Positions 30,175 to 39,929 of a DNA stretch of 64,000 bases are shown one piece after another. The notes under the pieces are model-generated. The model was given only the letters and a program-made list of their open reading frames with translations. It searched no databases and had not been told where the DNA came from. Position 1 is the stretch's first letter. Each line of letters starts with the position of its first letter. The DNA comes from Dehalococcoidia bacterium. GTDB taxonomy: Bacteria > Chloroflexota > Dehalococcoidia > Plut-88900. The DNA is taken from positions 1-64,000 of the forward strand of contig CBDBLV010000005.1 of NCBI GenBank assembly GCA_965207225.1, read 5' to 3'. The translations under genes and the position numbers were made by a program.

Positions 30175-30924
30175 CTAGGAGTGAGGTATCTCTTCTCCCT
30201 CCCGACGTTCGAGACGGGACGCGCCGGCAGTCTGAATATCCCCAAGCTCCGGCTCGCCTTCGTAGAGGAGGATGGAAGCGCCGCTGAGGTCTGCCTGCTC
30301 TATGGCGCCCCGCACGTTAATCGTGGCCTGGCTTGCGCCATTGAGCACCACCGACGCCCGGTCAATGGAAAAGTGCTGCAGCGTCAGAACGCTGGCCCCC
30401 GAGGCTCTGACCGACAGTTTGTCCGCGGAACCGGCCAGGGTGATCTTGCTTGCGCCGTTGATGCGGAGGTCGGCCTCCCGGGCCTCGACGTAGCCCTCCA
30501 AAACACTGGAGCCGGAAAGACTGATACTCAGGTCGTTGGCGGAGGAAAAGCCCTCCAGCGTCGCCCGGCTGGCGCCCGTGAGCATGACTCCCAGGAGCTC
30601 TGGCATGGTGATGCGGGCTCGTAGGGAAACCTCGCTGTAGTCACCGGCCTCGAGGCCAATGCGAAGGGTGTCGCCCTCCTTTTCAGCTTCGACCAGGTCT
30701 ACCACGTTGTCATCGGCGGAGATGGAGACGCTGAACTGGGCCGACTCCTTGATCTCGACATGGAAAGCGTTGCCAATGTTTATCCTTGAGAAACCCTCCA
30801 GGGGCTTGATCTGCGATACCACCTTCCCTGACCCCGGAACAGCCGGCCTTCCGGCCTGGCGCCTCGCTACGAGGACGATCATGATGAGCAGGATGATTAT
30901 GACCGCTATGATTACGAGTCCCAA
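30175..30924 (-). CDS. DUF2807 / GIN-domain adhesin-like membrane protein
   Basis: N-terminal TM, GSGKVV, repeated SGAS/GASR beta-solenoid motifs. Confidence 0.85.
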   Translation of the reverse strand: MGLVIIAVIIILLIMIVLVARRQAGRPAVPGSGKVVSQIKPLEGFSRINIGNAFHVEIKESAQFSVSISADDNVVDLVEAEKEGDTLRIGLEAGDYSEVSLRARITMPELLGVMLTGASRATLEGFSSANDLSISLSGSSVLEGYVEAREADLRINGASKITLAGSADKLSVRASGASVLTLQHFSIDRASVVLNGASQATINVRGAIEQADLSGASILLYEGEPELGDIQTAGASRLERREGEEIPHS

Positions 30925-30981
30925 GTCGGTCTCTCTTTCCTTCGCTGTTTCGGTATGTGGGCGTTCATTCCGGCCAGCTTG

Positions 30982-31929
30982 TCACTGCCTTACCAGCTTG
31001 ACCAGGCTGCGCATCTCCTGGGGCTCATCCTGGAGCCGTGCGTACATGGTCCAGGACACCTCGGCGACGTAGATATCGCCGCGGGAGTCAACTGTAATCC
31101 CGTGCGCGGCCAGGAACTGCCCGGGCCCGTCGCCCTGGGTTGGCATTCCGGCCCTTGCCAGCAGCTTGCCGTCTACGTTGTAGACGCTGACCCGATTCCC
31201 GACGTTGGGGGCGTCGTTGAAGTAGGAGTCTCCGCAAAGCTCGGCAATGTAGATGTTGCCGTCGGGGCCCAGGGCCATGCCCGCGGGCTTCCAGATGTTC
31301 TGCCAGATGTGCTGGAGCTTGCCGTTGGTGTCGAAAATCTGCACCCGGTTGCACTCCCGGTCCCCGACTATCACGTTGTCGTCGTTATCGACCAGGATCG
31401 TGTGGGGGATGACGAACTCGCCCGGGTCGATGCCCGGGGCGCCCCATGAGAACAGGTGTCGGCCGTCGGGGCTGTACTTGTGGACGCGTGAATTACCGTA
31501 GCCGTCGGAGACGAACAGGTCTCCGTTCCTGGGTGAAACGGCAACCTTGGTGGGCTCGTTGAAGGCCAGGCCGCTCCAGCGGGTGGGAGGGTGGTGGGGC
31601 TGTCCGATGGTGGAGACGACTCGGCCGTCCAGGGTGCAGCGTCGGACGGAATGGTCTTTCTGGTCGGCGAGGTACATGGTGTCGTTGGGTGCGTAGGTAA
31701 TGCCGTGGGCGGTGGTGAAAACACCCTCCCCCCAGGACCCGACAAACGTCCCGTCCGCCTCGAACATGATGACCGGATGATCTCCGCGGTTGAAGACGTA
31801 CACGCGGTCGTTGGCGTCGACGGCAACATCGGCGCATTCGTGGAAGGACCAGCCGTCGGGTAGCTGCGCCCAGTTTTCATGGGGAACATAGGTGAATTCA
31901 CCGCTGCCAAGGGAAACCGACGTGGACAT
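30982..31929 (-). CDS. NHL-repeat protein (peptidyl-alpha-hydroxyglycine alpha-amidating lyase-like)
   Basis: VYVFNRG, AHGI, VSDGYGNSRVHKY, DRECNRVQIFD. Confidence 0.92.
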   Translation of the reverse strand: MSTSVSLGSGEFTYVPHENWAQLPDGWSFHECADVAVDANDRVYVFNRGDHPVIMFEADGTFVGSWGEGVFTTAHGITYAPNDTMYLADQKDHSVRRCTLDGRVVSTIGQPHHPPTRWSGLAFNEPTKVAVSPRNGDLFVSDGYGNSRVHKYSPDGRHLFSWGAPGIDPGEFVIPHTILVDNDDNVIVGDRECNRVQIFDTNGKLQHIWQNIWKPAGMALGPDGNIYIAELCGDSYFNDAPNVGNRVSVYNVDGKLLARAGMPTQGDGPGQFLAAHGITVDSRGDIYVAEVSWTMYARLQDEPQEMRSLVKLVRQ

Positions 31930-31999
31930 TAAGCACCCCCCGTGCCCCGGGAGCCGGGGCGAAATTCTCGGCTCATCCTAAGGAGGGGAGGGGGACAAG

Positions 32000-33223
32000 T
32001 CAATCGGGAGTACGCTTTCCCAGCGCGGGTAGAAGGAGTCCCGACACGGCAAGGGCAAGGCTGCCGAAGGAGATTACGAACAAGGCGAGCCGGAGGTCCT
32101 GCGTGGCGTCGTCGATAATTCCCACAACGAGGGGGCCGAGGAATCCACCCGCCCAAAGGATGGTGAACATGACGGAAACGGCAACGGTCAGCTCCCGGGG
32201 TCGGATGCCCGGGAGTTCGTATAGCTGGGTCATCATCAGTGGTATGAAGCAGAAAGAGAGCCCGTTTATGCAGCCAAGTAGGATAAGAGACGGGAGGGAG
32301 TCGGTGAACAGGAGCCCTGCAAAGGTGGCCCACATTGCTACACCGCAAACGGTGAGGACCAGAGAGGGTCGGTTCACGAGGGCAGGCACCACGGAAACGG
32401 CAATTTTGCCTGGAGTGCTGGCCAGGGAAATCATACTAATGACCAGCCCGCTCAGGAAGATGGTGAGTTGATATTCGTCGCGGGCGTAAATCGGCCAGAA
32501 GGAGTTGAATCCGAAACGGGCGGCAATGGCGCCGCTGATACCGAAACCGAGGACCCAGGGTTCTTTGTACTTAAGCAAGGCCCTGATGGGAGAGCCGACC
32601 TGGGACTGCATTCCGGCGCGGAACTCGGGTGTATAGCGGTCCTTGCCCAGCACCAGCCAGGTCAAGGTGGCTAAGAGGGTGATGGCGGACCATGCGAAGA
32701 GGGTGTGTCTCCAGTTGTCCAGAATGGCAAGAATTACGGGGATGACTAGAAATCCTACCCCTCCCATACTGTCGATGAAACTGAAGATCAGGCCGTTGGC
32801 GAGGGGGATGCGCCGCCTCGGGACCCACTGCAGTACGACCAGGGTCCTGGGAACCTTGCAGACTATGTAGGCAACGCCGAGAAGAAGCCGGGTGCTGAGA
32901 AGGATGATGAAGGTCGGAGCCCAGCCGTTGAGCGCAGTGAAGAGTGCGGAAGCGATAAAGGCGATACTCGCAACGCGCCAGGGCCTGTACCGGGAGAGCC
33001 ATAGATTGGCGGGAATTTCGAAGGCGAGGTTGCCGAAAATGACTGCGGAGGAGATGAGTCCAAGCTGGGTGGCTGTAAGGCCCATCTCATCACGAATATC
33101 GGGGAGGAGGAGGCCGATGGTGAGGGCCGAGATGTCGATGAGGGAATAGTTCGTTATAAAGGTGCCGACGACGACCCATGCGTAGGTGGGAGAGTCGGTG
33201 GGCCGACGGATGAGGCGCATCAT
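32000..33223 (-). CDS. MFS transporter (paralog 1)
   Basis: 12-TM pattern; MMRLIRRPTDSPTY N-terminus shared with paralog 2. Confidence 0.88.
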   Translation of the reverse strand: MMRLIRRPTDSPTYAWVVVGTFITNYSLIDISALTIGLLLPDIRDEMGLTATQLGLISSAVIFGNLAFEIPANLWLSRYRPWRVASIAFIASALFTALNGWAPTFIILLSTRLLLGVAYIVCKVPRTLVVLQWVPRRRIPLANGLIFSFIDSMGGVGFLVIPVILAILDNWRHTLFAWSAITLLATLTWLVLGKDRYTPEFRAGMQSQVGSPIRALLKYKEPWVLGFGISGAIAARFGFNSFWPIYARDEYQLTIFLSGLVISMISLASTPGKIAVSVVPALVNRPSLVLTVCGVAMWATFAGLLFTDSLPSLILLGCINGLSFCFIPLMMTQLYELPGIRPRELTVAVSVMFTILWAGGFLGPLVVGIIDDATQDLRLALFVISFGSLALAVSGLLLPALGKRTPD

Positions 33224-33289
33224 CGGCAAATTCCGATGTAGTTCATAGAGGGGTGAAGCCGTGATTGGGGGAGCATCGGACCATCAAGG

Positions 33290-34552
33290 TCAGGATATCC
33301 CTTGCTGTTGAGAGGAAGAAGGGTGTTGGCCAATCGGGGCCCGGGTCCTGAATGCCGACAGCAGGAGTGCTGCGACGCTGAGGCTGAAGCTGCAGAAGGA
33401 GATGACCAGCAGGGCGAACTGCAGGTCCTGGGTGGCATCGTCGATGACGCCGACGATAAGGGGGCCGAAGAAGCCGCCAACCCACAGCAGGGTGAACATC
33501 ACCGACACGGTCACCGTGAGCTCCCGGGGCCGGATTTCGGGGAGTTCGTAGATCTGGGTCACCATCAGGGGGAAGTAGCAGAATCCTATCCCGTTCACAA
33601 AGCCGAGGAGCAGGAGCAAGACGGCGGAGTCGGTATACAGCATCCCCACGAAGGAGCCGAAGGTGAGCAGTCCGCTGGCAAATAGCACCATGGACGGGTG
33701 CTTGACCAGCGAGGGGATGATGGAGACGGCCAGCTTGCCCGGGGTGCTGGCGATGGAGACCATGCCTATTACGATGCCGCTGAAGGTCAGGGTGATGTCG
33801 AAGGCGTCCAGGGTGAAGCTGGGCCAGAAGGTCATGAAACCGATGCGGGCGGCTATGGCGCCCCCGGTGCCGAATCCCATTATCCAGGGCTCCCTGTACT
33901 TGAAGAGCGCCCTCAACGGAGTCCCGACCTGGGACTGTATACCGGCCCGGTACTCGGGTGTGTAGCGGTCCTTCCCCACGACCAGCCAGACCACGGCCGC
34001 ACCGAATATCATCGCCCCCCAGGCGTAGAGGGTGAGCCGCCAGTCGTCCAGCAAACCGAGGACGACGGGGATAACCATGAAGCCTATCCCGCTCATGCTG
34101 TCGATGACACTGAATATGATCCCGTTGGCCAGGGGGATGCGGCGTCGGGACACCCACTGCAGCAGCACCAGTGTCCGGGGCACCTTGCAGACCACGTAGG
34201 CAAACCCCAGAAGCAAACGCATGACCAGAAAGATGACGAAGTTGGGCGACCAGCCGTTGAGAAGGGTGAGCAGGGCGGAGGCGATGAAGGCAATGCTGGC
34301 GATGCGCCAGGGCCGGTATCGGGAGAGCCAGGCGTTTGCGGGAATTTCGAATACCAGGTTGCCCACCACCACGGCGGAAGAGAGAAGCCCCTGCTGTGTC
34401 CCGCTCAGCCCCATCTCCCGGGAGACGGAGGGCAGGAGCAGCCCGATGGTCAGGGCGGCTATATCCACCAGGGAGTAGTTGACCATGAAGGTGGTGATGA
34501 CCACCCAGCCGTAGGTCGGGGAGTCGGTGGGGCGTGTGAGCAGGCGCATCAT
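33290..34552 (-). CDS. MFS transporter (paralog 2)
   Basis: 12-TM pattern; close paralog of 32000..33223. Confidence 0.88.
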   Translation of the reverse strand: MMRLLTRPTDSPTYGWVVITTFMVNYSLVDIAALTIGLLLPSVSREMGLSGTQQGLLSSAVVVGNLVFEIPANAWLSRYRPWRIASIAFIASALLTLLNGWSPNFVIFLVMRLLLGFAYVVCKVPRTLVLLQWVSRRRIPLANGIIFSVIDSMSGIGFMVIPVVLGLLDDWRLTLYAWGAMIFGAAVVWLVVGKDRYTPEYRAGIQSQVGTPLRALFKYREPWIMGFGTGGAIAARIGFMTFWPSFTLDAFDITLTFSGIVIGMVSIASTPGKLAVSIIPSLVKHPSMVLFASGLLTFGSFVGMLYTDSAVLLLLLGFVNGIGFCYFPLMVTQIYELPEIRPRELTVTVSVMFTLLWVGGFFGPLIVGVIDDATQDLQFALLVISFCSFSLSVAALLLSAFRTRAPIGQHPSSSQQQGIS

Positions 34553-34561
34553 GGGAGAGTG

Positions 34562-35767
34562 CTAAGGTTCCTTCCGGCCGATCAACGCCAGAACTACCCC
34601 AGCCGTGGTCAGGGTCAGGGGGGAGAAGGCGGCGACCGAGAGGCCCGTGCGCAGGTCTGTGACGTCTCCGATGTAACCGGTGACCATCGGGCCCAGGGCC
34701 GAGCCCGTCCACAGGCAGCTGAAGTATACGGCCACGGCTACTGCCACCTCCCTTTCCCTTATGCCGGGCAGCCTGTAGATCATCGTGAGCATGGCCGGGA
34801 TGAAGCACATGCACATCCCGTTGACGATGCCGAACAGGAAAAGCAGCGGCGCCGACCCGCTGGATACCATCCCGAAGGATGTGACCGACATCAGGATCCC
34901 GCAGACCATCAAAAGGTAAGGCGTCCGGTTGGCGATGGCGGATATGAGGGTGACGCCGAGGATCATCGGGCCCTTGGTCATGCCCGCTATGCCAAGGATC
35001 AGGCCGACGGTAACCAGGGCCGTTCCGTAGGTGTCGTCCAGGTAGGTGGGCCAGAAGGTTGCGTAGGCCGACCGCGCCCCCGTGATGCCCGACACCCCGA
35101 ACCCCAGAATCCAGGGAACCTTGTAGCGCCACAGGACGCGCATGGGTGTGCCGCCCGAGATCTCCGTGGATTGGGGCATCTCCTCTTTGGGCCTGTCCCG
35201 GCCCCAGAGCAACCAGACGAAGGCCCCCGCTGCGCTGACTATCGCCCAGATGTAGAGGGTCCTTCGCCAATCGCCGTCGGCCAGCCAGAGGATGGCCGGG
35301 ATGAGCATGAACCCGAAACCTATCGTGGTCTCCAGGATGCTGAACATGATCCCGTTGGCCCTGCCGACCTGGCGGCTCGGGATCCAGTGGATCAGGAGGA
35401 TGGTGCGGGAAGCCTGCGTGCTCAGGTAGATGAACCCCAGGCCGATGCGGGCGATGAACAGGACGAGCAACGTCGGGGCAAACCCTTTGAGGGCAACAAA
35501 GGCGGCAGCCGCGGCGAAGGACACCACCGAGGAGCGCCAGGGCCGGAATCGAGAGAAGAACCAGTTGGAGGGCACCTCGAAGATGAGGTTGGTGAACATG
35601 ATCGAGGCGCTGAGCCAGCCCTGCTCGGTCAGGGAGAGGTCCAGGTCTTCGGCCATGCCCGGGAGCAGGAACCCGAGGGTCTCGAAGGCAATTACGACCA
35701 TCGAGTAGTTGACGGCAAACATGCCTACCAACGTCCAGCCGTAGTTCTTGCCCCTGGCCGAAAACAT
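34562..35767 (-). CDS. MFS transporter (paralog 3)
   Basis: 12-TM pattern; shared FEVPSN..SRFRPWR and LPGIRERE motifs. Confidence 0.88.
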   Translation of the reverse strand: MFSARGKNYGWTLVGMFAVNYSMVVIAFETLGFLLPGMAEDLDLSLTEQGWLSASIMFTNLIFEVPSNWFFSRFRPWRSSVVSFAAAAAFVALKGFAPTLLVLFIARIGLGFIYLSTQASRTILLIHWIPSRQVGRANGIMFSILETTIGFGFMLIPAILWLADGDWRRTLYIWAIVSAAGAFVWLLWGRDRPKEEMPQSTEISGGTPMRVLWRYKVPWILGFGVSGITGARSAYATFWPTYLDDTYGTALVTVGLILGIAGMTKGPMILGVTLISAIANRTPYLLMVCGILMSVTSFGMVSSGSAPLLFLFGIVNGMCMCFIPAMLTMIYRLPGIREREVAVAVAVYFSCLWTGSALGPMVTGYIGDVTDLRTGLSVAAFSPLTLTTAGVVLALIGRKEP

Positions 35768-35819
35768 GGCGCCAAGCTTATCACGGGGACAGCGCCCTAC
35801 CCCCATTCCGCTCTTGAGA

Positions 35820-35845
35820 CCCTTCGACTCAGCTCAGGGCGAGCG
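35820..35845. repeat. REP-like palindromic element (CTTCGAC-n-GCTCAG family)
   Basis: cccttcgactcagctcagggcgagcg in an intergenic region; reverse-orientation relative of the 5441 element. Confidence 0.55.
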
Positions 35846-35933
35846 AAATGCCCATCCCCCTATCAGGCCGGAGTGGGGGATAAGAGCTGGAGGTACGATG
35901 TAGTAGAATGGCAGCTACTGCCGGAGGATGTGC

Positions 35934-37088
35934 ATGGCCAAGAACGGTTACCGCATAATCGATTCCGATATGCACGTCATGGAGCCCACGGACCTGTGGG
36001 AGCGCTACCTGGACTCCCATTACGTAGACCGCGCTCCGAAGTCCGTGCCCCGACATCGCGGCGACCTGGTGATGATAGTGGAGGGCCAGGAGATGGCCGC
36101 CGAGGCCCAGTGGGAGATAGAGCTGGCGGACGACCCGGAGTGGCTCGCCAACTACGCCGACGCCCTCGCCAACGACTGGGACGGACCATCGCAACGTCGA
36201 GCCATGGACAGCGAGGGCCTGGACATGGCCATCCTCTACCCAAGCCGAGGTCTTTATGCCCTGGCCGTCGATGGCATGGAGCCGGGCCTTTCCTCGGCGA
36301 TTGCAGTCGCTTATAACCGTTGGCTCCACGACTTCTGCGCAACGGACAAGGCGCGGATGCTGGGGGCGGGGATGGTCTCGCCATTCGATATATCCGGTGC
36401 GGTAAAGGAGGCCCGGAGGTCTGTGGAGGAATTTGGGTTCAAGGCCGTGTTCATGCGTCCTAACGTGGTCAATGGGCTCAACTGGTACGACTCAGCTTAC
36501 GAACCTCTGTGGGCCGAAATCGAAGAACTGAACGTGGCTCTAGGATTTCACGAAGGGTCGGATGCCGGGGTGCCGCAGACGGGAGATCGGTTCGTCGGCG
36601 ACAGCTGGCTGATGCACCACACCTGCACTCACCCGATGGAGATGATGCTGGCAATGGTGAGCATGGTGGGAGGAGGCGTCCTGGCCCGGCACCCGGGGCT
36701 GCGGGTCGGGTTCCTGGAGGGGAACTGCTCCTGGGTCCCGTGGATGCTGTGGCGTCTGGACGAGCACTACGAACTGGTCGGGAGGTACGAGTCGCCGGAG
36801 TTGACGCAGGAGCCGACAGAATATTTCAAGCGGCAGTGCTGGGTGTCGGTGGAGGCGGACGAGGAGCCGGCGCTGTCCATTGAGGGGTCGGCGCTGGAGG
36901 GGAACGTGGTATTCTCCACTGACTACCCGCACAAGGACTCGAAGTTTCCCAAGGCCGTGGAGTCCTTTCTGAAATCGGGTTTTTCGGATGATATGAAGCG
37001 CAGGATTCTGTGGGACAACTGTGTGCGGATGTACGAGTTTGGGGGAGGAGATCTTCAAGAAACAACGGAAGGAGCCAAAAGTGGGTGA
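35934..37088 (+). CDS. Amidohydrolase_2 family protein
   Basis: IIDSDMHVMEP, GFHEG, GFLEG, FSTDYPHKD. Confidence 0.92.
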   Translation: MAKNGYRIIDSDMHVMEPTDLWERYLDSHYVDRAPKSVPRHRGDLVMIVEGQEMAAEAQWEIELADDPEWLANYADALANDWDGPSQRRAMDSEGLDMAILYPSRGLYALAVDGMEPGLSSAIAVAYNRWLHDFCATDKARMLGAGMVSPFDISGAVKEARRSVEEFGFKAVFMRPNVVNGLNWYDSAYEPLWAEIEELNVALGFHEGSDAGVPQTGDRFVGDSWLMHHTCTHPMEMMLAMVSMVGGGVLARHPGLRVGFLEGNCSWVPWMLWRLDEHYELVGRYESPELTQEPTEYFKRQCWVSVEADEEPALSIEGSALEGNVVFSTDYPHKDSKFPKAVESFLKSGFSDDMKRRILWDNCVRMYEFGGGDLQETTEGAKSG

Positions 37089-37893
37089 GCTTGACGGCAA
37101 GGTTGCGATAGTCACGGGGGCGGGGAGACTGCGGGGTATAGGCAGGGCGGCTGCCGTGGCCCTGGCAGAATTGGGCGCCGACGTTGTTCCCACGGGTACG
37201 GGCCGGGACCCGTCCCGCTACCCCGAAGCCGAGAAGGCGGTCGGGTGGAAGGACATCGAGAGCACGGCGGAGCAGGTGAGGGCCCTCGGGCGGAGGGCCC
37301 TGCCCCTCGTCGTAGACGTGGCGGATGCCGACGACGTAGCGACGATGATCGAGAAGACCGTCAAGGAGCTGGGCCGGCTGGATATCCTGATAAACAACGC
37401 AGCCTTCGCCCGGGGCCCGGACCGCGTCCCCACCATCGAGCTGAACGATGATATCTTCCAGAAGGTGGTGGACATCAAGATCCGGGGAACCTACCTGTGT
37501 ACGAAGGCCGTGGCCAAGGTGCTGATTGCCCAGGGGCAGGGCGGGAAAGTGGTCAACGTGGCGTCGGTGGCAGGGAAGTCGGGGTCGGAGGACACGCTGG
37601 CCTACTGCGCGGCCAACTTCGCCCAGGTGGGGATGACCCAGACGCTGGCCCGTGAGCTGGGCAAGTTCGACATCAACGTGAACTGCGTCTGCCCCGGGTG
37701 GGTGGACACGTCACGGCTGGACCATCTGAAAGTCGGGGACTGGTTCGACAGGATGGCCATGGAGACGCCCATCCGAAGAAACGGCACCGACGAGGAGGTC
37801 GGAGAGTTCGTCGCCTACCTTTGCACGAAGGCAGCTTCGTGGATCCACGGCCAGTCCATCAACATGGACGGCGGCGGGTTTATGACCCACTAG
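37081..37893 (+). CDS. Short-chain dehydrogenase/reductase
   Basis: VTGAGRLRGIG, LINNA, YCAAN (YxxxK altered), VNCVCPG; GTG start with RBS. Confidence 0.9.
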   Translation: MGELDGKVAIVTGAGRLRGIGRAAAVALAELGADVVPTGTGRDPSRYPEAEKAVGWKDIESTAEQVRALGRRALPLVVDVADADDVATMIEKTVKELGRLDILINNAAFARGPDRVPTIELNDDIFQKVVDIKIRGTYLCTKAVAKVLIAQGQGGKVVNVASVAGKSGSEDTLAYCAANFAQVGMTQTLARELGKFDINVNCVCPGWVDTSRLDHLKVGDWFDRMAMETPIRRNGTDEEVGEFVAYLCTKAASWIHGQSINMDGGGFMTH

Positions 37894-39907
37894 CGCCGGC
37901 CGGCTCCAGTTCCAGCAGGGAAGCGCCCTTCATAACCTGCATCCCGGCCTCGCAGGACACCCGGGTCACGACTCCGTCGTAAGGGGCGGCGATGTGGTGC
38001 TCCATCTTCATGGCTTCCAGCACCACCAGGGTCTGCCGCGCCGACACCTCGTCGCCCTCCTTGACCCGCACCTGCGCTACCACCCCCGGGAGGTGGGCAG
38101 TAATCTCTGTCTCTGCACCGGGGCCCGCGGCCTGACTCCCCGCCACGCCCGTATAGATCTGATCGGACGCGGCCAGCAGGTAGTCGGCGTTGTTGTAGTG
38201 GACGAGTAGGCCATCGTCGGTGGGAGCGGCCTCCACGGTCCAGGTCTCCTCGTCCACGGTGGCGATAGTACGGCCGTCGGAGGTGAGAGATAGGGTCAGG
38301 TCGAAGTCAGTGTTGGGGGTATGTACGTTCCAGGCAAGGGCGCCGGGCTTGTTGGAGACGTTGGCGGTCACGTTCCCGCCGGAGTGCGTGAAGGCGTACA
38401 GCATGTCCTGTCTGCCCATGCGCCAGGCTCCGGCTCTGCTCCAGATATCGCCGGCCACCTGATGGTTCTGGGTGGACTCGTATCCGGCCAGCCCCGAGGA
38501 GACTAGCCGGTGGGCTATCGCCGAGGCCAGGGCCTGCACGGGCAGCTCGCCCGCAGGGGCCAAGCCGGGTTCTATGCTGCGCCCGACGTATTCGGTGTCA
38601 ATTGCTCCCGACTCGAAGTCCGTGTCCCGGGCGATTACTCGGAGCATCTGGAGGTTGGTCGGAACTCCGGAAACCACGTAGGCGTCCAGCGTGTCGCGGA
38701 GCCGTCGGACAGCCTGTTGGCGGTCCTCGCCGTAGACAGCGATCTTGGCAAGAAGGGAGTCGTAGAAGACCGGCACCTCGAACCCTTCGTAGACGCCTAC
38801 GTCGTGGCGGACCCACGGGAGCGAGGGTGGTGAGAAGCGAACCAACGGGCCCGCGCCGGGCATGTAGCCCGCTCCCGGGTCTTCGGCATAGACCCGGGCT
38901 TCGATGGAGTGACCCCGGGCCTTCACGTCGGACTTCTTAATGGGCAGTTTCTCCCCGGAGGCAGCTAGAAGCTGGAGGCGGACCAGGTCCAGGCCCGTGA
39001 CCCATTCGGTGACCGGGTGCTCGACCTGGAGTCGGGGGTTGACTTCGAGGAAATAGAAGTTGCCGTCGGCGTCCAGCAGGAACTCGACCGTGCCTGCGTT
39101 CGTGTAGTCAACAGCGGCGGCCAGGGCCAGGGCCGAGCTTTCCAGGCCCTTCCGGATCTTCGGCGTGACGGCCACGGACGGTGTCTCCTCGATAACCTTC
39201 TGGAAGCGTCGCTGCACGGAGCACTCCCGCTCCCCGAGGCTCAACAGGTTTCCATGGGTGTCGCCGATGATCTGCACCTCGATATGCCGTGGCCGCACAA
39301 CGTGCTTTTCGAGGATGACGGTGTCGTTGCCGAAGGAGGAGAGGGCCTCGCGTCGGGCGCCGGCCATGGCTTCTTCCAGCTCCCCAGGCTCGGCGACAGT
39401 GCGCATACCGCGACCTCCGCCCCCGAAAGCGGCCTTGATGAGGACTGGATACCCTATCTCCTCGGCCTTCCGGGTGATTTCCTCGGGGCTGAGGCCCTCC
39501 ACGTAGTAGCCGGGCACCACGGGTACGCCGGCCTCCTGGGCTCGCTTTTTTGCCTCCGACTTGTCTCCCAGGAGGCGGAGGATGTTGGGAGAGGGGCCAA
39601 TGAAGACGATTCCGGCGGAGGCGCAGGCCTCGGCGAAGCTGGGGTTTTCAGAGAGGAAACCGTAGCCGGGGTGGACGGCCTGTGCCCCGACGCTCAAGGC
39701 GGCTGAGACCACGGCATCGATGTTGAGATAGCTGTCGGTGGCGGGCCCCGGGCCTACGTGGACTGCCTCGTCGGCGAAGCGGACGTGGAGGGCGTTGCGG
39801 TCAGCGTCGGAGTAGACGGCGACGGTGGAGATGCCCATATCTCGGCAGGTGCGCATCACCCGGACTGCGATCTCGCCCCGGTTGGCTATGAGGACTTTGT
39901 CAAACAT
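37880..39907 (-). CDS. Biotin carboxylase/BCCP subunit (methylcrotonoyl-CoA carboxylase alpha-like)
   Basis: KVLIANRGEIA, HPGYGFLSEN, GGGGRGM, RLQVEHPVTE, EAMKMEH. Confidence 0.95.
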   Translation of the reverse strand: MFDKVLIANRGEIAVRVMRTCRDMGISTVAVYSDADRNALHVRFADEAVHVGPGPATDSYLNIDAVVSAALSVGAQAVHPGYGFLSENPSFAEACASAGIVFIGPSPNILRLLGDKSEAKKRAQEAGVPVVPGYYVEGLSPEEITRKAEEIGYPVLIKAAFGGGGRGMRTVAEPGELEEAMAGARREALSSFGNDTVILEKHVVRPRHIEVQIIGDTHGNLLSLGERECSVQRRFQKVIEETPSVAVTPKIRKGLESSALALAAAVDYTNAGTVEFLLDADGNFYFLEVNPRLQVEHPVTEWVTGLDLVRLQLLAASGEKLPIKKSDVKARGHSIEARVYAEDPGAGYMPGAGPLVRFSPPSLPWVRHDVGVYEGFEVPVFYDSLLAKIAVYGEDRQQAVRRLRDTLDAYVVSGVPTNLQMLRVIARDTDFESGAIDTEYVGRSIEPGLAPAGELPVQALASAIAHRLVSSGLAGYESTQNHQVAGDIWSRAGAWRMGRQDMLYAFTHSGGNVTANVSNKPGALAWNVHTPNTDFDLTLSLTSDGRTIATVDEETWTVEAAPTDDGLLVHYNNADYLLAASDQIYTGVAGSQAAGPGAETEITAHLPGVVAQVRVKEGDEVSARQTLVVLEAMKMEHHIAAPYDGVVTRVSCEAGMQVMKGASLLELEPAGASGS

Positions 39908-39929
39908 AGAAGTCGCTTTCGAGTTCGGG

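Noticed and set aside
33243-36316. Very long alternative ORFs (872 aa on +, 675 aa on -)
   Set aside because: Shadow frames of three GC-rich MFS genes; no motifs and biased composition.
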